Below are positions 37,626-46,991 of a DNA stretch of 64,000 nucleotides, one piece after another. The position numbers and the translations under genes are program-made. Location: positions 128,001 through 192,000 of IMG/VR virus record IMGVR_UViG_3300029305_004606; one strand, written 5' to 3'. The DNA comes from a virus. Lineage: Duplodnaviria > Caudoviricetes. Positions within the stretch are counted from its first letter, which is position 1; each line of letters begins with the position of its first letter. The notes beneath the pieces were generated by a model, which saw only the letters and a program-made list of their open reading frames with translations, searched no databases and had not been told where the DNA came from.

Positions 37626-38684
37626 ATGGTATTTTCTGTTGAAACAATTAAGGGAAATAAAAATAGAACTCTTAATTCCAGAGAAGAAGATTTAATTAAC
37701 TATGAAGAAATGAACATGTTTCAACTAGCGTTAGAAATGGTATTAGAAGAAAATGTAGAATTCAATAATATGATTTGTACTACAGAAGGTATTGGAGATC
37801 TTATTGTTGGAGCTGCAGCTGATGCTTTGAAGAGAACCTTGCAGGCTTTAAATCCATATAATCTTTTATCTAAGATTTTTGATTGGTTTGTAACTTCTCT
37901 TGCAAAGTTAGGTAGACATTTTGAAGCTTTTTTATTAAACTTCTTAAACAATGATATTGAGTTAGCTGCTTATAAAAAGAAATTGGAGAACTTCAGAAAA
38001 CCTGTACGAATGCTTGACTCTTATTTTGAATATAAGAATCTTAATCTTTCTACATCTTATACAACATATGAAGCTGAAATTGAAAGAGAATATGATATGC
38101 TAATCAAAGATCTTTCTAATCTCAGATATATGAAGAGTAATATGGAAATTGCAGAATATATCGACAGTATGGCTGCTATGAATCAGTTTGAAGAAGCAGA
38201 TATTGATGCAATGAGAGGAAGAGTATTAGGATTAAACTATCCGGTAACTAAGGAGAATTATGCAGATGAATTGTTCTTGTTCTTTAGAACAACTGCTAAT
38301 CCTATTGAACCTAAGTATAGTTTTGGACAGAAGAATATTTCCGGTGAAAGAGTACATGAAGCTTATAAAGCTTTTTATAATTCATCTGAACAGAGAACTC
38401 AAATCAGAAGAGATATTAATAAGATGAAGAGAGAAGCGGATAAAGAAAAAGTTAAATGTAAACATGTTAAACCTGATGATTTTATTCCACCTCAGTTTTC
38501 TATGGATTCTGCTGTAATTAGAATCTACAATGGTATTGTAACTAATAAGTGCAAGAAAATACAGGCTGTTTGTGATGTTTATGTGACTTTATTTGGAGCA
38601 AAAATAGATGCTCTAAAAGAATACAATAAAACTAATAAGAAAATTTTATTAGAAGCTTGTAAAGAAATTGTAAGGGAGGGCTAA
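37626..38684 (+). CDS. Putative internal head protein
   Basis: AAAGGAGG RBS; acidic E-rich N-terminal leader followed by a helical domain. Confidence 0.7.
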   Translation: MVFSVETIKGNKNRTLNSREEDLINYEEMNMFQLALEMVLEENVEFNNMICTTEGIGDLIVGAAADALKRTLQALNPYNLLSKIFDWFVTSLAKLGRHFEAFLLNFLNNDIELAAYKKKLENFRKPVRMLDSYFEYKNLNLSTSYTTYEAEIEREYDMLIKDLSNLRYMKSNMEIAEYIDSMAAMNQFEEADIDAMRGRVLGLNYPVTKENYADELFLFFRTTANPIEPKYSFGQKNISGERVHEAYKAFYNSSEQRTQIRRDINKMKREADKEKVKCKHVKPDDFIPPQFSMDSAVIRIYNGIVTNKCKKIQAVCDVYVTLFGAKIDALKEYNKTNKKILLEACKEIVREG

Positions 38685-38686
38685 TC

Positions 38687-39667
38687 ATGATTTTGAAAGA
38701 AGATTATATATTATCTTATAATCTGTTCTTAGCAGAACATGAATTATTTGATTCTCTTATCAATAAGAGCTCCATTGTATTACAGGAATCTTTGTCTGTA
38801 GAAGATTATTCAATTTTGTGCGAAGGTCTTCAAGATACAATAACAAACTATATCAACAAAGTAACTGCAAGTATGCAGCAAGTATGGGATAGATTTATTG
38901 CTACAGTTGGAACCGATGCTCAGAAAGATTATCTTACAAAAGCTGCTGATAAAGTAAAATCTGGTAATCCTAAATTTGTAATCAATAATTTTCCTAATTA
39001 TGATACAAATGTATTTATCGGATATAAAGTTCAGAGATACAATCGTCAAACAATGACTGATGATTTAAAGACTCAGAAAGGTTATATGCAGAAGAATTAT
39101 GCTTCGTTATATTCAGAAAGAAATAATATGAATGTAATGTTACAAAAAGCAGTTACAAGAGGTTATACAAATATCCGATGTGATAAAGTTGTATTAACCA
39201 GAGCTTATAACTTTTGCTCTACAGGATTTTATGAGATTAGACAATCTATCGAGAATGATATTAATATTATCAATGAATCTGCTAATACTATATTGCAAGG
39301 TTTACAGATGGTTCAGTCTACTCAGGAATCAAATATGTTCTATGAAAGTATCATAATTGAAGCTTTAACATCAGGTACACCTGAAAATAAGGCTACAAAG
39401 ATGAGTTTCGTTGATAGTGATGGGGCAAAAGTAGAACCTGGTGCAAAAGGTGCTCAAAACCAGAATAGTTTTATCAACCAGATTTCTAATTATATGAAGA
39501 TTAGTACAAACTTAATTAGTGCAAAGATGAAAGCACTGACCAGGATGTATAAAACAAATCTTGATATTGTAAGACATTATGTTGATATCACTCAATATGG
39601 TGATCCTGTTCCTAATGCTTCGGTACAAAAAGTTGTTACTCAAACTGATCAACAGTCTACAAATTAA
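38687..39667 (+). CDS. Putative internal head protein
   Basis: GGGAGG RBS; LQES and LCEG leader motifs. Confidence 0.7.
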   Translation: MILKEDYILSYNLFLAEHELFDSLINKSSIVLQESLSVEDYSILCEGLQDTITNYINKVTASMQQVWDRFIATVGTDAQKDYLTKAADKVKSGNPKFVINNFPNYDTNVFIGYKVQRYNRQTMTDDLKTQKGYMQKNYASLYSERNNMNVMLQKAVTRGYTNIRCDKVVLTRAYNFCSTGFYEIRQSIENDINIINESANTILQGLQMVQSTQESNMFYESIIIEALTSGTPENKATKMSFVDSDGAKVEPGAKGAQNQNSFINQISNYMKISTNLISAKMKALTRMYKTNLDIVRHYVDITQYGDPVPNASVQKVVTQTDQQSTN

Positions 39668-39673
39668 AAATAA

Positions 39674-39702
39674 TCCCTAGGAAAGATAATCTTTCCTAGG
39701 GA
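39674..39702. terminator. CCCTAG-family hairpin
   Basis: TCCCTAGGAAAGA/TCTTTCCTAGGGA. Confidence 0.75.
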
Positions 39703-39708
39703 AAATAA

Positions 39709-39720
39709 AACATTTTAATA
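39709..39720 (+). promoter_or_regulatory. Late-type promoter AACA-N6-TA
   Basis: AACAttttaaTAaat. Confidence 0.7.
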
Positions 39721-39744
39721 AATATTTTAGGAGGTATAATTATT

Positions 39745-40449
39745 ATGATTATAAATGAAAATATTCAGAATATGATTATTAGTAAAAGATTGGGTATCCT
39801 TGAATCTGAATTGTCAGATTTTAGAGAAGATTTTAAAGCTATTTTGAATGAAGATTTCTCTATTGTGTTAGAAGAAGGTACAGACACTAATAAAGAAATG
39901 ATTGCAATGTTTAGAGCTGATGTAAAAGAATACAAGGCTTATTTCAAATCTGGTATGAAGGCATATAAAGCACACGACAACCAGGAAGCTATTGTTCAGT
40001 TTACTCGTGCTGTTAAAGTTATTACAGAATTGGATAATAAATTAAGACATATTGATTTATCTACCAATTCTGCTCTTATTAGTAATATTTTAGGAGCATT
40101 AATTTTATTAGGACCATATACAATTGCTCAGTGCTTTTTCTTCTATAATATGAATAAAGCTGAGAAGAATATTCCAATGTTTGTTTGGGCTACAAGCGAT
40201 GAAGAAATGGATGCTAAAATGAAAGTTATTAAGAAAGAGAAAGCAAAATATTATGGTAGTGCTGTTGGCAGTATTATAACATCTCTTGTTGCAATTGTAA
40301 AGAGTACAAAGCTTATTAAAACAAATTTAAGCAAACGTTTTTATGGTAAGCCTAGTGTTCTGAGAAATATGCTGGTTAGCTATATATCAAATTTTAAAGA
40401 TGTATGTGAAAATTACATTAAGATGTGCAAAGAAGCAGATAATAAATAA
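39745..40449 (+). CDS. Putative internal head protein, paralog family with 53632 and 54675
   Basis: Acidic leader, then EGTDTNKEMIAMF, a helical hairpin and a hydrophobic segment. Confidence 0.72.
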   Translation: MIINENIQNMIISKRLGILESELSDFREDFKAILNEDFSIVLEEGTDTNKEMIAMFRADVKEYKAYFKSGMKAYKAHDNQEAIVQFTRAVKVITELDNKLRHIDLSTNSALISNILGALILLGPYTIAQCFFFYNMNKAEKNIPMFVWATSDEEMDAKMKVIKKEKAKYYGSAVGSIITSLVAIVKSTKLIKTNLSKRFYGKPSVLRNMLVSYISNFKDVCENYIKMCKEADNK

Positions 40450-40453
40450 AAAC

Positions 40454-40483
40454 ATCCCTAGACTCGATAAAGAGTCTAGGGAT
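40454..40483 (+). terminator. CCCTAG-family terminator hairpin
   Basis: ATCCCTAGACTC/GAGTCTAGGGAT. Confidence 0.75.
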
Positions 40484-40511
40484 ATAATTTGTAAAACTTA
40501 TCAATTTTGAT

Positions 40512-40530
40512 AATATATTATAATTATGAT
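40512..40530 (+). promoter_or_regulatory. Early-type promoter motif
   Basis: AATATATTATAATTATGAT followed by a 13-bp hairpin at 40537-40569. Confidence 0.6.
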
Positions 40531-40599
40531 AAAGAGTAGAAGCCACTGAGTCCGAATCAGTGGCTTCTAAATCTTCTCTTTATTATGGTGGTGAGTTTT

Positions 40600-40767
40600 A
40601 TGGGTTTTGTTGTCAAAGAACCATATTACTTAGCTAATCAGCCTAACAAAGCTGTATGGTTAACACCCTATGAAGCCTATTGTGTAGAACATAGATTGTT
40701 CAACCAATTCGGCTTATCTTTGGACACTTATATGTCCTTGATAGATCCTAACTACCCAACATGTTAG
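40600..40767 (+). CDS. Small hypothetical protein (55 aa)
   Basis: GGTGGTGA RBS-like sequence before ATG 40600; downstream of an early-type motif. Confidence 0.55.
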   Translation: MGFVVKEPYYLANQPNKAVWLTPYEAYCVEHRLFNQFGLSLDTYMSLIDPNYPTC

Positions 40768-40895
40768 GTATTCTATCTATTTTTAGGATTATTTCTCTAT
40801 AAGTCATAAAGACTATAAAATAGATTAAGAGTTTGGCTATCTTTTCCAAGTCTCATTTCCTATCAACCACCATTATATTTATGTATACTTGTGGT

Positions 40896-41231
40896 TTATT
40901 TTTTAGCCTCTTCAAGATAATTTAATAGTCTTGCTTTTTCTTCGTCTGTCATAGAATCTTTATTATTAAGCATTTTTGTAAACAGATTTTCAAAATCATC
41001 ACTTTCTGCTTTCTTTGTATCATAAAGTCCTATAGCAATTCTTAATGCTTTAACCTTTGTAGTATTTACCTCTACGATTCGTTTCATCTCTATAGCTTCT
41101 TCATGAGTTATTATTTCATGTTTAATTAATAACTGCAATGAAGCTTGAGATAATACTAATGCTTCATAAGTAGATTCTGCTAAAACAGAAATATATCTGG
41201 ACAATAATTCAGTATCATTATATTTTGACAT
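40896..41231 (-). CDS. Hypothetical protein
   Basis: AAGGAGGA RBS; 111 aa. Confidence 0.8.
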   Translation of the reverse strand: MSKYNDTELLSRYISVLAESTYEALVLSQASLQLLIKHEIITHEEAIEMKRIVEVNTTKVKALRIAIGLYDTKKAESDDFENLFTKMLNNKDSMTDEEKARLLNYLEEAKK

Positions 41232-41284
41232 TTTATAATCCTCCTTCTATTTATAAAGGAGTAAAAAATAATGTAAAAATAAAA

Positions 41285-41317
41285 TACCTTCTAAGAGAAC
41301 AATTCTCTTAGAAGGTA
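41285..41317 (-). terminator. Intrinsic terminator
   Basis: TACCTTCTAAGAGAA/TTCTCTTAGAAGGTA stem; T-tract on the minus strand. Confidence 0.8.
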
Positions 41318-41330
41318 CTAATTAAAAATA

Positions 41331-42152
41331 TTAATTACGATGATAATCAGTATCCATTTGATATTCATCTGTATATTTATCACCTGCAGACTGCAACCAA
41401 TTATTTTCTTTATCATATTTGATTTTGAATGTGGTTTTAACAGTTATATTTTTACTACCAGAAGGTACTTTGTTAGCAATAATTTGTAAATTATATGAAC
41501 AATCACCTTTAGAAGATATATGAAAAGAAATACCAGATATTTTCATTCTAGATCTTATATCATTTTCTGAAGGAATTTCATATCCATCATCTTTCAAGTC
41601 TGTGAATTCAAAATCATCTTTAATAATTTCCAAATGATCTTTAGAAAAAGTACTCAAATATTTCTCTAATCTCTTTTTAAAATCTGAAATGGTAGCTTTA
41701 CATTTTTCATTATACTTATCAATATTATATGATTTATTATAAACATATTGAATCATGGTATTATGAACTGATATATTAGAAGGCTCTGTGCTACTTTTTT
41801 CAGATTCATTCATAATTTTCAAAACAGATTCTGCAACATTTTCCTGTTCTTTTTCTTTCTTCTTATCAGCAATCTTTTTTGCAATAATACCAGCACCAGC
41901 TAATGTAATTCCTGCTGCTCCAGCACCTGCTGCAATTTTCTTCCCAACTCCAGATCCACTATCAGTAGATTCTTTATTGACTCTTGATTTAATTCTATTA
42001 GCAATACTAGCTACCTTATCAATACCTTTGTTAACTTTTTCTGTCTTATTAGCATACTGAGCTGCAGCTTTTTTCAGTTCTTCTACAGTTGCTTCTTTAA
42101 TAGATTCTCTTTTATCTTTAATCAAAGAATTTGTATATTCATTAATAGTCAT
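41331..42152 (-). CDS. Putative modular internal head protein
   Basis: MTINEYTNSLI leader resembles MVVNEYVDLLI of 54675. Segments are separated by IKEA, NKES, VAES and MNES. Promoter variant TACA-N6-TA at 42180-42191. Confidence 0.72.
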   Translation of the reverse strand: MTINEYTNSLIKDKRESIKEATVEELKKAAAQYANKTEKVNKGIDKVASIANRIKSRVNKESTDSGSGVGKKIAAGAGAAGITLAGAGIIAKKIADKKKEKEQENVAESVLKIMNESEKSSTEPSNISVHNTMIQYVYNKSYNIDKYNEKCKATISDFKKRLEKYLSTFSKDHLEIIKDDFEFTDLKDDGYEIPSENDIRSRMKISGISFHISSKGDCSYNLQIIANKVPSGSKNITVKTTFKIKYDKENNWLQSAGDKYTDEYQMDTDYHRN

Positions 42153-42206
42153 AATATAACTACCTCCATTTCTATAATTTAATAATTTGTAATTAATAAA
42201 AATATC

Positions 42207-42231
42207 CCCTAGGGTTTTATTAACCCTAGGG
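42207..42231 (-). terminator. CCCTAG-family terminator hairpin
   Basis: CCCTAGGGTT/AACCCTAGGG with a T-tract on the minus strand. Confidence 0.78.
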
Positions 42232-42242
42232 AATTGCCTGAT

Positions 42243-42557
42243 TTATTGTAATACAAATTTGATCTCTACGTCCGATATAACTTCAATGTTGACTACAATA
42301 TTTCTACCGTATACCACAACAGGTCCAGATTGAACTATAGCTATTGCCTGATTTTTATATTCAGGAGAGCTAAACTTCACATTGAACGATATCATATTGT
42401 CAGTAGATTCACCTACTGTAACTTCACCGCGATCTTCAACTAATCGTTTCAGAGCAATGAAGTGGTCAAAGAAATGAACAATCATTTCAGGATAGTTAAT
42501 ACCAGCAATAGAATTGAAGAAATTCAATCTATCAACCATTGGAATATACCTCCACAA
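42243..42557 (-). CDS. Hypothetical protein in the baseplate operon
   Basis: GGAGG at about 42549-42553 suggests the real start is ATG 42539. Confidence 0.75.
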   Translation of the reverse strand: MWRYIPMVDRLNFFNSIAGINYPEMIVHFFDHFIALKRLVEDRGEVTVGESTDNMISFNVKFSSPEYKNQAIAIVQSGPVVVYGRNIVVNIEVISDVEIKFVLQ

Positions 42558-42560
42558 CTA

Positions 42561-42701
42561 TCAAGTCATAGCATCTTCGAGTTCATCTTGCATCTCTTCA
42601 GCTTGCTGTGCTTGTTGTTTTTCTGCATCTTTCAACATTTCGATATATTGTTTATATATCGTATGTGAATAATGGTTAGGCATGTTTTCCAATTCCATCA
42701 T
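42561..42701 (-). CDS. Small gp51-like baseplate/tail assembly chaperone
   Basis: ELENMP...IY.QY.E resembles short T4-like gp51 proteins. Lies directly after a gp26-like gene; AAAGGA RBS before ATG 42701. Confidence 0.55.
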   Translation of the reverse strand: MMELENMPNHYSHTIYKQYIEMLKDAEKQQAQQAEEMQDELEDAMT

Positions 42702-42736
42702 TGTAGTACATCCTTTAAGATACTTTGTTAGGTTGA

Positions 42737-44605
42737 TTAGCTTAGTGATGTATTCACGAGGCTTCCTAACTGATAACGGGTAAAAACCAGCTCTTCTGCT
42801 GTTGTCCTCTGTTTCTCTGTAGTATTGTGACACTTAGGACATTCGATAGCAGGATAAACATATCCAATACCGCTTGTCTTTTCAGCAATAGCCTTAACAT
42901 AAGCTTTGATGATAGCAAACTCATCAACAGACAGAGTTGAAAGCAGCTGATTGTACTTCTGCACCTTACTTCTGATAGTTCTCTGATTATTGTCAGCAAA
43001 CATCTTGTAGCCGATAGGTGCAAGCTGCTGGTTTTCCATATCGATAGAATAGATCTGATCGATATAAGGAATATAATCAATGATAGAAGAATATTCTGCT
43101 CTTGTCTTATCATCCATAGAAGCGATCTCAAATACATTGTAAATAGAAGGCTGTCTAAAAGCGATAGCAAGTTTCTCATTCATAGGAACGATTTCTGTAC
43201 AGAAAATACCTTTACCAGCAGGTGTAGCTTCACTCTGGTATAAAGATACAAATTTCTTCTTAGCATCATCATTCTCGAATTCAACCATGCTCATAATATC
43301 AATATCATCAGACAAGAAAGTTTCCTTACAATCTTTATTGATACAATCAGCAGGTAAATAATTTGCTCCCTTAAAAGATGCAATATAGATAGCAAAGAAA
43401 TAGCTGTCTACATCATCAAAAGGAGTAGTCTTTAACCATGTATCGAAAGCGGCAGGCTTAGGACTCATGATATGAGAATAAATCATATTGAATCTTCTGT
43501 TCAAAGCATCAACAGATCTTGCATTCTCAGAATATTCTCTTAATTTCTCAAGTTCTGCACCTGAGAACTCTTTCATCAGAACGATTGACTGCTGGGTAGG
43601 AAGTACCCACTTCGCAACTCTAGCAGAACTTTCTTTAAACATAGGAGTTACATTTGATACCGGCTTCTTAAGAACTGTAAATGAGCTAATATTAAGCTTC
43701 TTAGATACAGGTTTAAGTTTTTCTGTAGCAAGAGCCTGAAGATGCTTTAATACGTCTTCATTGTCTGTCTCAGATACAACTTCTTCTTCATCTTCTACGA
43801 TTTCTGTAGCCATAGGGCTTTCATCTGTAACAACGTCTACGTTAATATCTACATCTACTGCCTGAGCAGGAGCAGCATGTTCAACATTCTTATCTTCTTC
43901 AACGACTTTAATATCTTCATCAAATTCGTCTACGATTTCTTCTTCAACTGTCTCTTCAACAGCTTCTTCCTCTCCTAATAATCCAGAGAGATCTTCATTT
44001 TCAATATTACTCATATTATATGAACCTACCATTCTCTGATCTTCTACCATGTCACCGGCTACAATAACTCCTTCATCACTGTTAGAATCGTCATAGTCGT
44101 CAGTTACCTCATCTCCAAAAGATCCATCAGATTCAGCATTCATTGCAGCTTCCTCTTCAAGAACTCTCTTTTCTTCTTCTTTTTCAGCAATCCATTCTGC
44201 AGCTTCTGCGTCTTTTTTAGCTACATATTTGCTAAACATTGAATCCGGATTATCGATATCCAACATATCATGCTCTGGGCTAATATGAATATCTTCATCA
44301 GGAGCTTCAGGCGTTCCAATAATATCGATAGACGCAACTGTTCTGGATGCAGCAGGAGCAACGTTCTTTTCTTTCGGCAATACAATCTGGTGATTACCTT
44401 TCCTCAAATTACCAAGATTCATTTCGCTTGATTCTGCAGGAGCTTCGACAGAAACACTATCAGATCCACCTGTCATGTCAATGTCCATAGCTTCACCAGC
44501 TTTTACTGTTTTCCCAGTATTAGCAGGAGCAGTTGCATCAAAAGAAATAATCCCAGAGCCATTTTTCAGCTTATCAATTGCACTCATGTAATCTAATACC
44601 TCCAT
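42737..44605 (-). CDS. Baseplate hub assembly chaperone (T4 gp26-like) with a long acidic N-terminal extension
   Basis: LPTQQSIVLMKEFSGAEL, D...F.AIYIASF, CxxxxC, FRQPS and terminal CPKCH..ELVF; lies next to a gp25-like gene. Confidence 0.65.
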   Translation of the reverse strand: MEVLDYMSAIDKLKNGSGIISFDATAPANTGKTVKAGEAMDIDMTGGSDSVSVEAPAESSEMNLGNLRKGNHQIVLPKEKNVAPAASRTVASIDIIGTPEAPDEDIHISPEHDMLDIDNPDSMFSKYVAKKDAEAAEWIAEKEEEKRVLEEEAAMNAESDGSFGDEVTDDYDDSNSDEGVIVAGDMVEDQRMVGSYNMSNIENEDLSGLLGEEEAVEETVEEEIVDEFDEDIKVVEEDKNVEHAAPAQAVDVDINVDVVTDESPMATEIVEDEEEVVSETDNEDVLKHLQALATEKLKPVSKKLNISSFTVLKKPVSNVTPMFKESSARVAKWVLPTQQSIVLMKEFSGAELEKLREYSENARSVDALNRRFNMIYSHIMSPKPAAFDTWLKTTPFDDVDSYFFAIYIASFKGANYLPADCINKDCKETFLSDDIDIMSMVEFENDDAKKKFVSLYQSEATPAGKGIFCTEIVPMNEKLAIAFRQPSIYNVFEIASMDDKTRAEYSSIIDYIPYIDQIYSIDMENQQLAPIGYKMFADNNQRTIRSKVQKYNQLLSTLSVDEFAIIKAYVKAIAEKTSGIGYVYPAIECPKCHNTTEKQRTTAEELVFTRYQLGSLVNTSLS

Positions 44606-44635
44606 TATTATTTTCTATAAATATTATGAAATATC

Positions 44636-45007
44636 TTAATGAAGATCATCCAGTGTAATAGGTTTACTAGTATTATTGGAATCGTAGATATACTTCATAC
44701 CTCCAAGTGATATTTCAATATTAACAACCTTATCAGGTGTCCTAATAATTGCAACATCAGCATTCTGGTAGAACGGTAAGTATGTTTCAATCTGTTTCTG
44801 GACTCTTGCTCTCAAATCTTCCAAATTAGAAACTCCATATCTGAAAGTTCTAAGACCTACTCCCATATCAGGATGAAGTGGATCATCACCAGGCTCCATC
44901 ATAATCAATTCCATTAATCTAGTACCAATAGCTTCCTTATCTTTTAATACAGTCGGCTTATTGAACTTATCAACACCAAAAGAATACTCTCTGTTTTTGA
45001 TACTCAT
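44636..45007 (-). CDS. Baseplate wedge protein, gp25/GPW-like
   Basis: LIMMEPGDDPLHPDMGVGL...IETYLP matches the GPW_gp25 pattern. Confidence 0.8.
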   Translation of the reverse strand: MSIKNREYSFGVDKFNKPTVLKDKEAIGTRLMELIMMEPGDDPLHPDMGVGLRTFRYGVSNLEDLRARVQKQIETYLPFYQNADVAIIRTPDKVVNIEISLGGMKYIYDSNNTSKPITLDDLH

Positions 45008-45029
45008 AATTATCTCCTCCTTTTCGGAT

Positions 45030-45041
45030 TATTATCATGTC
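45030..45041 (-). promoter_or_regulatory. Late-type promoter variant GACA-N6-TA
   Basis: GACAtgataaTAat. Confidence 0.6.
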
Positions 45042-45090
45042 TTAATTGTAAAATGTTACAAAAATATTATTATTTTGTGACTGATAGAAC

Positions 45091-45102
45091 CACATCTAAT
45101 TA
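45091..45102 (+). promoter_or_regulatory. Late-type promoter variant CACA-N6-TA
   Basis: CACAtctaatTAat. Confidence 0.65.
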
Positions 45103-45125
45103 ATTTGAAATAGGAGGAGAATATT

Positions 45126-46991
45126 ATGTCTAGAATTGTAACGTATAAATGTTTATATTGTGATAATAGATATACTCGCCAAGATTTAGTAACTCATATA
45201 GAAGAAGAACATGAACACGAAATACCAGAAGGTTTTTCTGCTTTTAGACTTGTATTTAATTATGTAAATCATAAGCCACTAAGTTATCACGGTAAATGTA
45301 CAGAATGTGGTAAGCAGACACCTTGGGACGAAAACAAGGGAAGATATGATAGACAGTGTGGTAGAAAGGTTTGTCATGATAGTTACGTTAAGAAGTTTGA
45401 AGAAAATATGATGAAAACTAAAGGTGTAACTAGAATATCTGCTACTGAAGAAGGTCAAAAGAAAATGTTGGCAGCTAGAAAAATATCCGGAACTTACAAA
45501 TTTAGTGATGGTGGAGAGAAAACTTATTGCGGTTCTTATGAAAGAAAAGCATTAGAATTCATGGACAAAGTTTTGCAAATTAAATCTGCTGATATTATGG
45601 CTCCCGGTCCTATATTAGAATATGATCATGAAGGTAAGACACATCTTTATATTACCGATTTCTATTATCAACCGTATAATCTTATTATCGAAGTTAAAGA
45701 TGGTGGAGATAATCCTAATAAGAGAAATATGCCTGAGTATAGACAGAAGCAGATTGAGAAAGAAAAGTATATTATCAAACATACTAACTATAATTATTTA
45801 AGATTAACAAATAATGATCTCGAACAGTTATGGTCTGTATTTAGTATGCTCAAATTACAGATGATTGAAAATACAGGTGAAAGAGTTATTCATGTAAATG
45901 AAGCTGTACTTGATAAAGATGTATCAGAATCAGAAATTTCTGCTCCATATTTTATTTATAGTAAAAATGGAGTAGCAAATTGTTGTGTTGATATTAAGGG
46001 ATTTAAACATCCTTTTAGAGCACGATCAACAATGATTCCTTTAAGATATAATAATGGTAAACTTGAAGTATTTGCTAAATGCAAAGAAAAATACGGTTTT
46101 AAATATCATTTTCCTGGAGGAGGATGGGATCCCAACGAAGATCCTAAAGATGCAGCTATAAGAGAATCTCAAGAAGAATGTAGGCTTAATGTAAAAGAAG
46201 TCAAATTATGTACAGATATGCTTGAATATGACTCTAATAAAGTTGCAAGTTGGGTAAAGGAAAATGTTCCTGAAGAACATTGGTGGTATGGATATTATAG
46301 TAAAATTTATGCAGGAATTTATACATCAAAATTCAATGGTAAAATTGAAGATGTTGATAAAGATCCTGAAATGTTATCCGGACAGTGGTACATATATGAA
46401 GATATTAAATCTGATCTTCATGAAAAGTATGTAAAAGCTATCGAGTTTTATATTAATAAAACTAAAAAGATAAGTCCTCTTAATGAGTGGATGAATGCTC
46501 TTATGTCTGGTAAAGTTGTTGGTATGGAAGATTCTGATGCTTATATTGTAAATTATCTTCCTAAACAAACTTTTACTGGAGAAGAACCCGAATACAAACA
46601 GACACCTAATAATCTTAAAAGAAAATTAGCTGTTTCTAATGGTACTTTTACTAAAGTTGCTCATGTTGATAAAGATGGAATTTTATCTACTGGTAACTTT
46701 GACGAAATTATTGACGTTAAATCTGCTTCTTATTACAAACTTGATAAAACAGTCAAAGAAGTATCCAAGATATTGGAGTCTCACCTTGGAGAAGAAGTAA
46801 ATGATGCCTTTATTTATGAAAGTTTAGTTGGCAAGAAATTGTATACTTTTGACCAGATTCCTTTTACTCTTGAATGTATCGATGATAAAATTGTTGATAT
46901 TCCTGAACTGGTAAAACAAACAATTATTCCAGACAAACTTTCAGAAATTGAAAAATCTATTGAGGAGGTGAAAAATAATGGACAAGTATAA
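45126..46991 (+). CDS. Zn-finger + PD-(D/E)xK nuclease-like protein with an inserted Nudix hydrolase domain
   Basis: CLYC..H..H and CTEC zinc motifs; GSYE..YITDFY..IIEVK (TnsA/head-completion nuclease-like); Nudix box PGGGWDPNEDPKDAAIRESQEECRL. Confidence 0.82.
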   Translation: MSRIVTYKCLYCDNRYTRQDLVTHIEEEHEHEIPEGFSAFRLVFNYVNHKPLSYHGKCTECGKQTPWDENKGRYDRQCGRKVCHDSYVKKFEENMMKTKGVTRISATEEGQKKMLAARKISGTYKFSDGGEKTYCGSYERKALEFMDKVLQIKSADIMAPGPILEYDHEGKTHLYITDFYYQPYNLIIEVKDGGDNPNKRNMPEYRQKQIEKEKYIIKHTNYNYLRLTNNDLEQLWSVFSMLKLQMIENTGERVIHVNEAVLDKDVSESEISAPYFIYSKNGVANCCVDIKGFKHPFRARSTMIPLRYNNGKLEVFAKCKEKYGFKYHFPGGGWDPNEDPKDAAIRESQEECRLNVKEVKLCTDMLEYDSNKVASWVKENVPEEHWWYGYYSKIYAGIYTSKFNGKIEDVDKDPEMLSGQWYIYEDIKSDLHEKYVKAIEFYINKTKKISPLNEWMNALMSGKVVGMEDSDAYIVNYLPKQTFTGEEPEYKQTPNNLKRKLAVSNGTFTKVAHVDKDGILSTGNFDEIIDVKSASYYKLDKTVKEVSKILESHLGEEVNDAFIYESLVGKKLYTFDQIPFTLECIDDKIVDIPELVKQTIIPDKLSEIEKSIEEVKNNGQV

